Shown: piece after piece, positions 45,668-55,336 of the stretch | Position numbering within the stretch: position 1 is the first letter of the stretch | Layout of the letters: each line of letters begins with the position of its first letter | Source: Actinomycetota bacterium | GTDB taxonomy: Bacteria; Actinomycetota; Acidimicrobiia; Acidimicrobiales; CAIXPF01 | Assembly: GCA_034211175.1 (NCBI GenBank) | Contig: JAXHUH010000240.1 | Location: forward strand, 2,393 to 66,392 | Length of the DNA: 64,000 nt | Direction of reading: 5' to 3' | The notes under the pieces: model-generated | Seen by the model: the letters and a program-made list of their open reading frames with translations, nothing else | Database searches by the model: none | What the model was told of the DNA's origin: nothing | Made by a program: the position numbers and the translations under genes

Positions 45668-45698
45668 GCGGCCGCGCCGACCGCTGTTGGGGCTTCGG

Positions 45699-46584
45699 TC
45701 AGGCGCGGCGACGGCCGCGATGGCCGAGCACGGAGGGGGCGGCGGAGAGGTACTCGAGTGCCTGGTCGAGTGAGCCGGGGAGATCGCCGGGGTGGTGGCG
45801 GGGCGAGAAGTACAGGCGGATGTCCCAGAACGCCCGGGCCAGCGAGAACACCTCACCGCGACGGGCGCTGCGCAGGTGGGCACGCCAACTCCACCGTCCC
45901 CGCGCGGTCGGGTCCCGCCGCATCACCTCGCTGGTGAGCAGCGGCCAGCCGAGCAGCACGAGCCCGGCCAGGGGCACCATCGCCGCGGCACGGCGCAGGT
46001 ACCCCCCGCCGATGTGGTGGTAGACGTCGTAGGCGACGTGGCGGTGCTCGATCTCTTCGGCGGCGTGCCACAGGAACAGGTGCGCCATCTCCGGGTCCAC
46101 GTCGATGTCGGCCCAGGTGTTGTCGGCGAGCACGTACCCGGCCAGCGACGCCGTGAAGTGCTCGGCGGCGGCGGGTGGCGACCATCAGCAGCACGGCCTG
46201 CTTGCGCAACGGCTCGGGCAGCGAGCGCACCCGGTCGTTCAAGCGCCGCCGGAACGCCTCGAACCACTCGAGCTCGCGGCGGAAGTCGATGCCGTGCTCC
46301 TCCATGCGGGCCACGCAGCGCTCGTGCTCGTTGCCGTGGGTGACCTCCTGGCCGAGGAAGCCGCGGATCTCGGTGCGGATCCGCTCGTCGGTGACGTAGG
46401 GCAGGGCGTTGCGCAGCGAGTCGTTGAAGAACCGCTCACCGGTAGGGAACAGCAGGTTCCCGACGTTGAAGGTGTGCGTGGCCTGGGCGTCGTCGACGAG
46501 CCAGTGAGCCCGAGGGCTCGACAGGTCGAACTCGGTGTGCCGGGGGGCGACCGGTTCGGGCGGGCGGCGGAGCGTGGCGGTCAT
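45699..46584 (-). pseudogene. Predicted metal-dependent hydrolase (Metal_hydrol-like); frame break at about 46165-46178
   Basis: The N-part MTATLRRPPEP...FFNDSLRNALPYVTDERIRTEIRGFLGQEVTHGNEHE...RKQAVLLMVA continues in another frame as AAAEHFTASLAGYVLADNTWADIDVDPEMAHLFLWHAAEEIEHRHVAYDVY... Confidence 0.7.
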
Positions 46585-46638
46585 CGAAGGCCTCCATCGG
46601 GGCAAGATGTGCGAACAGGGCAAAACCCTACCCAAACA

Positions 46639-46658
46639 ATGCAACGTCGATGCAACGT
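46639..46658. repeat. Direct repeat ATGCAACGT x2 (period 11) in the divergent hydrolase/BVMO promoter region
   Basis: ACAATGCAACGTCGATGCAACGTTGTAT, read directly. Contains the palindrome CAACGTTG. Confidence 0.5.
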
Positions 46659-46744
46659 TGTATCGTCGCCGGTGAGCCACGACACGGCGGGTGTATGCTG
46701 TCTCGGGCGGCTCATGGCCGGTAGGGAACACGAGGGGGGTGCGC

Positions 46745-48364
46745 GTGAGCGCCGAAGATGAGATCGAAGACGTCCACGACATGATCGTGGTCGGAGCCGG
46801 GTTCTCCGGTCTGTACATGGTCCACCAGGCCCGGGAGGAGCTCGGCCTCGACGTCATCGGAGTGGAGGCCGGCGGCGGCCCCGGTGGCACGTGGTACTGG
46901 AACCGCTATCCCGGAGCCCGGTGCGACTCGGAGAGCTTCTACTACTGCTACACGTTCTCCCAGGTCTTGCTCGACGAGTGGGACTGGTCGTCCCGCTATC
47001 CCGAACAGCCCGAGATCCTGCGCTACCTCGAGTTCGCCGCCGACCGCCTCGACCTGCGTCGCAGCTTCACCTTCGACACCCGGGTCGAGTCGATGACGTG
47101 GGACGATGACTCGTCCCGTTGGATCGTCCGCACCGACACCGGTCGAAGGCTGGCGGCCACCTACGTCGTGGCCGCCGTCGGTTGCCTCTCGGCGGCCAAC
47201 GTGCCGTCCGTGCCCGGCCTCGAGGACTTCGGCGGGGACTGGTTCCACACCGGCCGCTGGCCCCACGAGGGGGTGGACTTCGCCGGCCGCACGGTGGCCC
47301 AGATCGGCACCGGCTCCACCGGCATTCAGGCTGCGCCGGTGATCGCCCGGCAGGCCGCACACCTCTACGTCTTCCAGCGCACGCCCAACTACACGGTCCC
47401 CGCCCGCGACCGGCCGATGGATCGCGAGGAGTGGATTCAGATCAAGTCCCGCTATGACGAGGTCGTCCGGGCCACCAAGGAGTCCTTCGCCGGGTTTCCG
47501 TACACGCCGTCACCGCGGTCGGCTCTCGAGCTCGGCGACGAGGAGAGAACGGCGATCTACGAGGCGTTGTGGGAGGAGGGCGGCTTCAAGTTCCTGTGGG
47601 GTGGCTTCTTCGACCTGCTGCTCGACGAGCGCGCCAACGAGACCGCGGCCGAGTTCATCCGCTCCAAGATCCGCGCCATCGTGCACGACCCCGAGGTGGC
47701 CGAGAAGCTGTGCCCGAAGGGCTATCCGTACGGCGCGAAACGGCCGCCGATCGACACCGACTACTACGAGACGTTCAACCGGGACAACGTCACCCTGGTC
47801 GACATCTCCGACGGCGGCATCACCCGCATCACCCCCACGGGCGTCGAGACGCCCGCCGGCCACCACGAGGTGGACACGATCGTGTTCGCCACCGGCTTCG
47901 ACGCCATGACCGGGCCGTTGCTGCGCATGGGCATCACGGGGCGCGACGGGGTCACCCTCGAGGAGAAGTGGGCGGAGGGCCCGGCCACCTATCTGGGGCT
48001 GCAGGTGGCCGGGTTCCCGAACCTGTTCACGATCACCGGACCGGGCAGCCCGTCGGTGCTCACCAACATGCCGACCTCGATCGAACAGCACGTCGAATGG
48101 ATCGCCCGGTGCATCGAGGACCTGCGCCGCACCGGCCGCCGGGTCATCGAGCCGACCCCGGAGGCCGAGGTCGCATGGACCGGTCACGTCGCCGAGGCAT
48201 CGCAGTTCGGGCTGTTCAACCGCGCCGACTCCTGGTATCTCGGGGCGAACATCCCCGGCAAGAAGCGGGTCTTCATGCCCTACGTGGGCGGACTCGCCAA
48301 CTACCGGGCCAAGTGCGATGAGGTCGCGGCTCGCGGTTACGAGGGGTTTCTCGTCTCCCCCTGA
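46745..48364 (+). CDS. Baeyer-Villiger (flavin, NADPH) monooxygenase
   Basis: VVGAGFSGL FAD motif, GGTWYWNRYPGARCD, BVMO fingerprint FGGDWFHTGRWP, second Rossmann GTGSTG. GTG start with GAGGGGGG RBS; the start is not certain. Confidence 0.9.
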   Translation: MSAEDEIEDVHDMIVVGAGFSGLYMVHQAREELGLDVIGVEAGGGPGGTWYWNRYPGARCDSESFYYCYTFSQVLLDEWDWSSRYPEQPEILRYLEFAADRLDLRRSFTFDTRVESMTWDDDSSRWIVRTDTGRRLAATYVVAAVGCLSAANVPSVPGLEDFGGDWFHTGRWPHEGVDFAGRTVAQIGTGSTGIQAAPVIARQAAHLYVFQRTPNYTVPARDRPMDREEWIQIKSRYDEVVRATKESFAGFPYTPSPRSALELGDEERTAIYEALWEEGGFKFLWGGFFDLLLDERANETAAEFIRSKIRAIVHDPEVAEKLCPKGYPYGAKRPPIDTDYYETFNRDNVTLVDISDGGITRITPTGVETPAGHHEVDTIVFATGFDAMTGPLLRMGITGRDGVTLEEKWAEGPATYLGLQVAGFPNLFTITGPGSPSVLTNMPTSIEQHVEWIARCIEDLRRTGRRVIEPTPEAEVAWTGHVAEASQFGLFNRADSWYLGANIPGKKRVFMPYVGGLANYRAKCDEVAARGYEGFLVSP

Positions 48365-48392
48365 GAGGCGCCGTCATTGCACGTCGGCCGCC

Positions 48393-48983
48393 TCAGCGGT
48401 CCGTAGGAGACGACGCACCGCGCAGGAACAGGTCCACCACGGAGACGACGGAGGCCCCGTCGAGGCCGCCGTGGCTCTCGAAGAGGTACCGGAACAGCAC
48501 CGGTCCGATCAGCTGGGCCACGGCCATGTCCGGGTCCAGCTGGTCGCAGAGCTCACCGCGAGAGACGGCAGCGGTGATGATTTCGTCGAGTACCCGGGTG
48601 CCGTCGGCGCGGACCGCCGAACTCAGCTCCGCCAGCTCGGCGTCGTCGCTCGCCTGCTGCCCGATGGCGATCATCACCTTGCCCAGGCCCGTCGTCGTGA
48701 TCGCCACCCGGAATGCCTCGAGCTCGGCCACCAGGTCGGCTCGGACGTCGCCGGTGGGGACCGTGTGCAGGAGCTGCACCTCTTCGGTGATGAGATCCCG
48801 GAGCAGGTCGAGGCGCTGGGGCCAGTGCCGGTACAGTGTGGTGCGGGAGTAGCCGCTGCGATCGGCAACCCGCGTCACGGTCACACGTTGCCACCCCTCC
48901 TCCACGAGGACGGTGCGTGCTGCGGCCAGGACGTTGCGGCGAGTGCGGACCACACGAGGGTCGAGCTCCGTGCTGGCAGGCAT
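48393..48983 (-). CDS. TetR-family transcriptional regulator
   Basis: 196 aa. HTH NVLAAARTVLVEEGWQRVTVTRVADRSGYSRTTLYRHW. Divergent from an MFS gene. Confidence 0.9.
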   Translation of the reverse strand: MPASTELDPRVVRTRRNVLAAARTVLVEEGWQRVTVTRVADRSGYSRTTLYRHWPQRLDLLRDLITEEVQLLHTVPTGDVRADLVAELEAFRVAITTTGLGKVMIAIGQQASDDAELAELSSAVRADGTRVLDEIITAAVSRGELCDQLDPDMAVAQLIGPVLFRYLFESHGGLDGASVVSVVDLFLRGASSPTDR

Positions 48984-49087
48984 CGAGCAACGACCTTACC
49001 GGGGGACGACGGAACAGGGCGCGTTGTCCAGTTCTGAACACCGCGTCCTAGAGTCGGTGGTCCCGGTCCCCCGACGAGAGAGATGCC

Positions 49088-50707
49088 ATGTCCATCCATT
49101 CCCTGCGCGGCGCGCCCGACATCGAGCTGGACGTGCCATCGGCTCACCAAGACGACGAGATCGTGGGGAGCGCTGGTCGTCGCCGCCTCGTGCTGGCGGC
49201 CATGTGCGTGGCCCTCGTGGCCGTCGTCTCCTCGGTGTCCGGCCTCAACGTCGCGCAGCAGGCGCTGGCCGAGGGCCTCGGCGCCACGCAGAGCGAGCTG
49301 CTGTGGATCATCAACGGCTACACCGTCGCCCTGGCTGCGCTGCTCATGCCCGTCGGCGCGGTGGGCGACCGCTGGGGACGCAAGCCGATCCTGCTGACGG
49401 GGCTCGTCCTGTTCGCGGTGTCGAACCTCGCCGCAGCGTTCGCCACGAGCGCGACCATCCTGATCGGCCTCCGGGTCGTCGCCGGCCTCGCCGCCGCCAT
49501 GATCATGCCGGTCACGCTGTCGGTCATCACGACCAGCTTCCCCCGGGACCAGCAGGCCAAGGCCATCGGGACCTGGGCCGGGTTCGCCGGCGCCGGCGGC
49601 ATCATCGGCCTGTTCGTGTCTGCCGCGTTGATCGACAACGTGACCTGGCCGTGGGTCTTCGCGCTGCCGGTGGCCCTCGCCGTGGTGTCGTTCGTGGCGA
49701 CCGCAGCGTTCGTCCCGAACTCCGTCGAGCACGCCGAGGCGGGCTTCGACGTGCGCGGATCCCTGCTGGCCGTCGCCGCGGTCGGTGGTCTCGTCCTCGC
49801 CCTGCACGAAGGCCCCGAGCAGGGGTGGACGGCGGCGATCACGATCGTCGCCTTCGCCGTCGGTGTGGCCTCGACCGTGGCGTTCGTGATCGTCGAGAGG
49901 CGCACGCCCCACCCCCTGCTCGACGTGCGCGTCTTCGCCATCCGCGGCTTGGCCTCCGGCTCGCTCAACCTCTTCGTGGTCTTCGCCGTGATGTTCTCGC
50001 TGTTCCTCGTGCTGGTGCAGTACCTCCAAGCGGTCCTGGGGTACTCGGCCCTGGCCGCCGCAGCGGCGCTGCTGCCGATGGCGGTCATGATGTTGCCCTT
50101 GTCCACGGTGGCACCGAGCGTCGCCGAGCGCGTGGGCTTCCGTCGGACACTGGTGATGGGGACGTTGACGATCGCCGTCGGTCTCGTCGTGCTCGCGTCG
50201 ATGGCCGACATCGACGGCGGCTTCGTCAGCGTGCTGCCGGCGACCCTGATCCTCGGTGCCGGCATCGGGCTGACCATGAGCCCGTCCACCGCCGCTATCA
50301 CCTCGTCGCTCCCCGACGAGAAACAGGGGGTGGCGGCCTCGCTCAACGACACGGTGCGCGAGCTGGGTGCTGCGGTGGGCATCGCGCTCGTCGGCTCCGT
50401 GCTGAACGCGTCCTACCGGACCAACGTGGCGGCGGCCGCGGTGGGCCTGCCCGGGGAGGCCGCCGAGGCGGTCGAGGAGGGCATCGGTGGCGCGCTCGTG
50501 GTCGCCGGTCAGCTCGGACCGGATGGGGTCGCGCTGGTCGACGCAGCCCGGGGAGCGTTCGTCGACGGCATGGCTCCGGCGCTCCTGCTCGGCGCGGGCG
50601 CCTGCGTCCTCGCCGCTGCGTTCACCGCCATCCGGGGTCCCAAGACGGCGGCAGAGGCCGAGCCACGGCTCCACCCCGATCTCGAGGCGCAGCCGGACGC
50701 GGCGTAG
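49088..50707 (+). CDS. MFS transporter, 14-TM DHA2/EmrB-like
   Basis: 539 aa. ...GAVGDRWGRKPIL... motif A-like loop. About 14 hydrophobic segments. Confidence 0.88.
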   Translation: MSIHSLRGAPDIELDVPSAHQDDEIVGSAGRRRLVLAAMCVALVAVVSSVSGLNVAQQALAEGLGATQSELLWIINGYTVALAALLMPVGAVGDRWGRKPILLTGLVLFAVSNLAAAFATSATILIGLRVVAGLAAAMIMPVTLSVITTSFPRDQQAKAIGTWAGFAGAGGIIGLFVSAALIDNVTWPWVFALPVALAVVSFVATAAFVPNSVEHAEAGFDVRGSLLAVAAVGGLVLALHEGPEQGWTAAITIVAFAVGVASTVAFVIVERRTPHPLLDVRVFAIRGLASGSLNLFVVFAVMFSLFLVLVQYLQAVLGYSALAAAAALLPMAVMMLPLSTVAPSVAERVGFRRTLVMGTLTIAVGLVVLASMADIDGGFVSVLPATLILGAGIGLTMSPSTAAITSSLPDEKQGVAASLNDTVRELGAAVGIALVGSVLNASYRTNVAAAAVGLPGEAAEAVEEGIGGALVVAGQLGPDGVALVDAARGAFVDGMAPALLLGAGACVLAAAFTAIRGPKTAAEAEPRLHPDLEAQPDAA

Positions 50708-50749
50708 CGGTCCCCGGGCGGCGGGCGCTACCGCCGTGGCCCCGTCCAC

Positions 50750-50773
50750 GCGACAGAGGGTCAGCGGTGTCGC
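50750..50773. promoter_or_regulatory. Operator-like palindrome GCGACA-N12-TGTCGC, perfect half-sites (site 6 of 9)
   Basis: 55 nt upstream of the enoyl-CoA hydratase start. Confidence 0.5.
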
Positions 50774-50827
50774 ACGGGTCCTCCTCGGTGCGCCACCATG
50801 GGGGCACAACACGAGGAAGGACGATGC

Positions 50828-51592
50828 ATGCTCGTGCAGACAGAGCGCCGGTACCGGGTCGAGGTCGTCACGATCAACCGCCCCGAGGCCCGTAACGCGA
50901 TCGATTACGACACGTCGAAGGCGCTCGCCGATGCCTTCGACGCCGCGGAGGCGGACCCGGAGGTGTGGGCCGTGGTGCTGACCGGCGCCGGGGACAAGGC
51001 GTTCTCCGCCGGGATGGATCTGAAGGCCTTCGCCGGGGGCGGCGGGAACGTGATGGGTGTGAACGGTGGCTTCGCCGGCATCACCCGTCGTGACTTCCCG
51101 AAGCCCTTGATCGCCGCGGTCAACGGCCACGCCCTGGCCGGCGGGTTCGAGATCATGCTCGCCTGCGACCTGGTGGTCGCCGCCGACCACGCGACCTTCG
51201 GGATCCCCGAGGTGCAGCGCGGGTTGGCGGCCGGCGCCGGCGGGCTCGTGCGCCTGCCCAAGCGCGTGGGCCTCGCCGTCGCCCTGGAGATGGCCATGAC
51301 CGGTGATCCCGTCGACGCGGCCACCGCGCAGCGGCTCGGGCTCGTCAACCGCGTGGTGCCCGGCGACCAGGTGCTCGACGCCGCCGTCGCCCTCGCCGAG
51401 CGGATCTGCCGCAACGCCCCACTGGCCACGAGGCTGTCGAAGCAGGTGGTGAAGCGCTCCCTCGACGTCACCGAGGACGAGGCCTTCGACCTGCAGGGAG
51501 ACGTGCTGGTCGAGGTGTTCACCTCACCCGATGCCAGGGAGGGCCCGAGGGCCTTCGCAGAGAAGCGCGAGCCGAACTGGACCAGCGCATGA
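50828..51592 (+). CDS. Enoyl-CoA hydratase/isomerase (crotonase family)
   Basis: [26 protein letters not shown]...[18 protein letters not shown]...[17 protein letters not shown]. Confidence 0.9.
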   Translation: MLVQTERRYRVEVVTINRPEARNAIDYDTSKALADAFDAAEADPEVWAVVLTGAGDKAFSAGMDLKAFAGGGGNVMGVNGGFAGITRRDFPKPLIAAVNGHALAGGFEIMLACDLVVAADHATFGIPEVQRGLAAGAGGLVRLPKRVGLAVALEMAMTGDPVDAATAQRLGLVNRVVPGDQVLDAAVALAERICRNAPLATRLSKQVVKRSLDVTEDEAFDLQGDVLVEVFTSPDAREGPRAFAEKREPNWTSA

Positions 51593-52323
51593 GGGGCGCC
51601 GGCACCGAGGTCCGCATCGAGGCCCCTCGAGGGGAGCTGCCCGCCTACGTGGCCGAGCCCGAGGGCGATACCCCCGCCCCGGCGGTGGTGGTCATCCACG
51701 ATGCCTTCGGGATGACCGCAGACCTGCGCAACCAGGTCGATTGGCTGGCCGGCGAGGGCTACCTCGCCGCCGGTCCCGACCTGTTCCACTGGGGTGGGCG
51801 GCTGCGCTGCATCCGCACGGTGATGGGCGAGATCCGCAAGGGTGCCGGACGGTCGTTCGACGAGGTCGAGGCGGTGCGGTCGTGGCTGACCGCCCATCCC
51901 CGGTCCAACGGCAGGCTCGGCGTCATCGGCTTCTGCATGGGCGGGGGCTTCGCGCTCGTGCTCGCGCCCGGACACGGGTTCGACGCGTCGAGCGTCAACT
52001 ACGGCACTGCACCGAAGCGGGCATACACCGCCGACTTCCTCCAGGGCGCGTGTCCGGTCGTGGGCAGCTTCGGTGGCCGGGACCTGATGCTGCGGGGCGC
52101 CGCCGACCGCCTGGAGGTCGCACTGGACGAGCTCGACGTGGACCACGATGTGAAGGAGTACGCCCCGGCTGGCCACTCGTTCCTGAACGACCACGACCCG
52201 GGGGATCTCCCGCTCGCGCTGTCGGTGCTGATGAAGCTGCCCGGCATGGGCTTCCACGAAGCCTCCGCCGCCGACGCCAAGGCGCGGATCGTGGCGTTCT
52301 TCGACCGTCACCTCCGGGCATGA
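51589..52323 (+). CDS. Dienelactone hydrolase family protein
   Basis: ATGA overlap. [10 protein letters not shown]...[13 protein letters not shown] pattern. Confidence 0.84.
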   Translation: MRGAGTEVRIEAPRGELPAYVAEPEGDTPAPAVVVIHDAFGMTADLRNQVDWLAGEGYLAAGPDLFHWGGRLRCIRTVMGEIRKGAGRSFDEVEAVRSWLTAHPRSNGRLGVIGFCMGGGFALVLAPGHGFDASSVNYGTAPKRAYTADFLQGACPVVGSFGGRDLMLRGAADRLEVALDELDVDHDVKEYAPAGHSFLNDHDPGDLPLALSVLMKLPGMGFHEASAADAKARIVAFFDRHLRA

Positions 52324-52351
52324 TCGGCATCGGAGGGTGCAGGAGCTGACC

Positions 52352-53277
52352 ATGGCATGGAACCGAAAGGACATGGGCGATCTCCGCGGACGAACCGCGG
52401 TGGTGACCGGCGCCAACAGCGGGCTGGGCCTGGAGTCGGCCCGGGCGCTGGCCGCCGCCGGCGCGCGGGTGCTGTTGGCCTGCCGCGACGAGGAGCGGGC
52501 CGCAAGCGCCGCCGCCACGGTGGCCGCCGAGGCCACCGGCGCTGCTCCGGAGGTCGTCCGGCTGGACCTCGCCGACCTCGACAGCGTCGCCGAGGCCGCC
52601 GGGGAGATCACTGGCCGGGTGGAGCGGCTCGACATCCTGCTCAACAACGCCGGGGTGATGGCGATCCCGCTGCGCCGCACCGCACAGGGCCACGAGGCCC
52701 AGCTCGGCATCAACCACCTGGGCCACTTCGCGCTGACGGGGCTGCTGCTGCCCGTGCTGTCGGCCGCCGAGCAGCCTCGGGTCGTGACCACGTCGTCGTT
52801 CATGCACCACATGGGGCGCATGCGTTGGGACGACCTCGACTGGGAGCGCGGCTACCGGAAGTGGGAGGCGTACGGGCAGTCGAAGCTTGCGAACCTGCTG
52901 TTCACCTTCGAGCTCGACCGGCGGGCCCGTGCCGCAGGCAGCCCGCTCGTCGCCGCCGCCGCCCATCCCGGCTACGCCTCGACCTCCCTCCAGCGCCGCG
53001 GGCCGGAGATGTCCGGTAACAAGGTCATGGCGCTGGCCATGCGGCTCGCCAACCGGGCCGTGGCCCAGCGGCCCGAAGGTGGCGCGCTGCCCCAGCTCTT
53101 CGCCGCGGTGGCGGCCGAGGTGGGGGGCGGCGACTACGTGGGGCCGGGCGGGCTCTTCGGGCTGCGTGGGTCGCCGAGGAGGTCCGGGCCGCCAAGCGGG
53201 CCTACCGGGAGGCCGATGGGCAACGTCTGTGGGAGGTCTCGGAGGAGACGACGGGGGTCACCTACCGCTGGGCGTGA
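52352..53277 (+). pseudogene. SDR oxidoreductase (retinol-dehydrogenase-like); frame break at about 53165-53176
   Basis: AGGAG RBS. TAVVTGANSGLGLESA...LLNNAGVM...YGQSKLAN...GLRGSP, then continues in another frame as EEVRAAKRAYREADGQRLWEVSEETTGVTYRWA to the stop at 53277. Confidence 0.75.
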
Positions 53278-53370
53278 GGCGTCTCCCACCGGTTGGCGGT
53301 GGGTGCACCCCGGCTCGGTAGGTTCGCCGCTCGTGACCTCGGCTGGCGACTGCGAACGGGTGTGCGAGCC

Positions 53371-54915
53371 GTGCCGGTGACCGACCCCTCGTCAGCCGGG
53401 CCCCGGATCGTCGGCAGCGGCAGCTGGCGGGAGCGCCTCCTCGTCCCGGAGCTCGTGGCCATCGGTCTGGCCGTGGCGGTGGTGAGCAGCCTGGGTTCGC
53501 CGATGGTGCCCACCGTCGCCGACGACTACGACGTGTCGCTCGGGACGGCGCAGTGGGGCCTCACCGCCGCGCTGCTCGCTGGCGCGGTGGTCACGCCGGT
53601 GCTCGGTCGCCTGGCCGACGGCCGGTACCGGCGCCAGGTGATCGTCGCCGCCCTCGGGACGATCACCGCCGGCGGCGCGGCCGCTGCCCTTCCCTTCGGC
53701 TTCGGCGTGCTCCTGGTCGGCCGGACTCTCCAGGGTGTCGGGCTGGGCCTGATGCCGATGGCCATGGCGGTCGCCCGGGACCACCTCCCTGCCGAGCGGG
53801 GGACCCGCACCGTGGCCGCCCTGTCGGTGACGACGGCGACCGGCGTGGGGATCGGCTACCCGGTCAGTGGCTTCCTGGTCGACACGGTGGGCTTGCGGGC
53901 CACCTTCGCGGTCTCCGCCGCCGCGACCGGCCTGGTGTTGCTCGGCGCCGTCCTCAGCATCCCGTTCAGCGACCACCGGGTGCAGGAGCCCGTCGACGTT
54001 CCCGGTGCGGCGGCGCTGGCCGTGGGCGTCTCGGCCGTCGTCGTCGCCCTCAGCGAGCTGCCGACCTGGGGCGCCGGCTCCTTGCCCTTCGCCGGCATGC
54101 TGGCGTTGGCCACGGCGGCGATCGGGGTCTTCGTCCGCCGCACCCTGGCCGCCCGCCACCCTCTCGTCGACCTCCGCAGCCTGTCCGTGCCGTCGGTGCG
54201 GGTGGCGCACACCGTGGCCGTGCTGGCGGGCGTGGGGATGTACTTCCTGTTCTCCCTGGCCATCCGGTACGTGCAGACGCCGGTGAGCACCGGCTACGGG
54301 CAGGGTCGCACCGTGCTCGCCGCCGGGCTGATCCTCACGCCGTTCTCGGTGGCGAGCCTGACGGTCAACCGGCTCACCGGCGTCCTCCGCCGGAGGCTCG
54401 ACGGCCGCTGGCTCATGCCCCTCGGCTGCGGCGCCTTCGCCGCTGCCATGGTCGTGTTCGGATCGGCCCGGTCCGAGGTGTGGCAGTTGGTGGTGGTGAT
54501 GGTCCTGGCCGGCGTCGGGGTCGGGACCGTGTTCGCGGCGATGCCACAGATGATCGTGGCGGCCGTGCCCGCGGCGGAGACGGGAAGCGCGCTGGGTTTG
54601 AACCAGGTGCTCCGTACCATCGGCTCCTCGGTGGGCTCCGCGGCGAGCGCCGCGGTGCTCGCCGCCAGCACCGAGCCGGGCGCTCGTTTCCCGCTCGACC
54701 GCGGCTACACGACCTCGGCGATCATCGGCTTGGCCGTGTGGTTGGTGGCGCTCGCCACGGGATGGCCCCGCTCGTCGCTGCGACTCGGCCCGCCCAGCCC
54801 GGAGCTGGCCCGCTACGAGACCGAGAGCGTCGATGCCGAGGTGGCCGGGGCGGTCATGTACGAGCCGGACACCGATCCGAGCCGTCCGGTGCGCCGGGAC
54901 GAGCAGGCTCGGTGA
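53371..54915 (+). CDS. MFS transporter; start uncertain
   Basis: Polytopic. GRLADGRYRRQVI motif A-like loop. The ORF is open from 53293. Confidence 0.78.
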   Translation: MPVTDPSSAGPRIVGSGSWRERLLVPELVAIGLAVAVVSSLGSPMVPTVADDYDVSLGTAQWGLTAALLAGAVVTPVLGRLADGRYRRQVIVAALGTITAGGAAAALPFGFGVLLVGRTLQGVGLGLMPMAMAVARDHLPAERGTRTVAALSVTTATGVGIGYPVSGFLVDTVGLRATFAVSAAATGLVLLGAVLSIPFSDHRVQEPVDVPGAAALAVGVSAVVVALSELPTWGAGSLPFAGMLALATAAIGVFVRRTLAARHPLVDLRSLSVPSVRVAHTVAVLAGVGMYFLFSLAIRYVQTPVSTGYGQGRTVLAAGLILTPFSVASLTVNRLTGVLRRRLDGRWLMPLGCGAFAAAMVVFGSARSEVWQLVVVMVLAGVGVGTVFAAMPQMIVAAVPAAETGSALGLNQVLRTIGSSVGSAASAAVLAASTEPGARFPLDRGYTTSAIIGLAVWLVALATGWPRSSLRLGPPSPELARYETESVDAEVAGAVMYEPDTDPSRPVRRDEQAR

Positions 54916-54928
54916 CGCACCTCCGCAA

Positions 54929-55336
54929 TCAGTCGGTGGGCGCGAACCGGGGGATGGCGGGGCCCTCGTCGGTCGGGTCCCAGCGCACCGACACCCGCTG
55001 GCCCACGCTGACGGTGGCGGGGTCGCACTCGACGATGTTGGTCAGCACCCGTGGTCCCTCATCGAGCTCCACGTAGGCGAGCACGAAGGGGGACGCCTCG
55101 CGCCAGGGACCGTCGCCCTTGTGGGTGACGGTGTAGCTGTAGATGGTCCCCTCACCACTGGCGTCGATCCACTGGACGCCTTCGGTGTGGCAGGCCGGGC
55201 AGAAGGTCCGGGGGTACCAGATGACCGTCTGGCACGAGCTGCAGCGGGGCAGCACCAGGCGGTGCTGGGCGGTGGCGTCCCAGAACGGCTTGGTCTCCGG
55301 GGTCACCGGCGGTGCGAAGGTGGGCAGGTCGCTCAT
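54929..55336 (-). CDS. DUF35 zinc-ribbon/OB-fold protein (thiolase partner)
   Basis: ATGA overlap with the thiolase stop. CSSC...CPAC zinc ribbon. GEGTIYSYTVTH...FVLAYVELDEGPRVLTNI OB fold. Confidence 0.85.
   Translation of the reverse strand: MSDLPTFAPPVTPETKPFWDATAQHRLVLPRCSSCQTVIWYPRTFCPACHTEGVQWIDASGEGTIYSYTVTHKGDGPWREASPFVLAYVELDEGPRVLTNIVECDPATVSVGQRVSVRWDPTDEGPAIPRFAPTD

Noticed and set aside
46681-46704. GACA-N14-TGTCTC upstream of the BVMO gene as an additional regulon site
   Set aside because: The spacer is 14 nt, not 12. All nine accepted sites have exactly 12, so it is kept out of the set.
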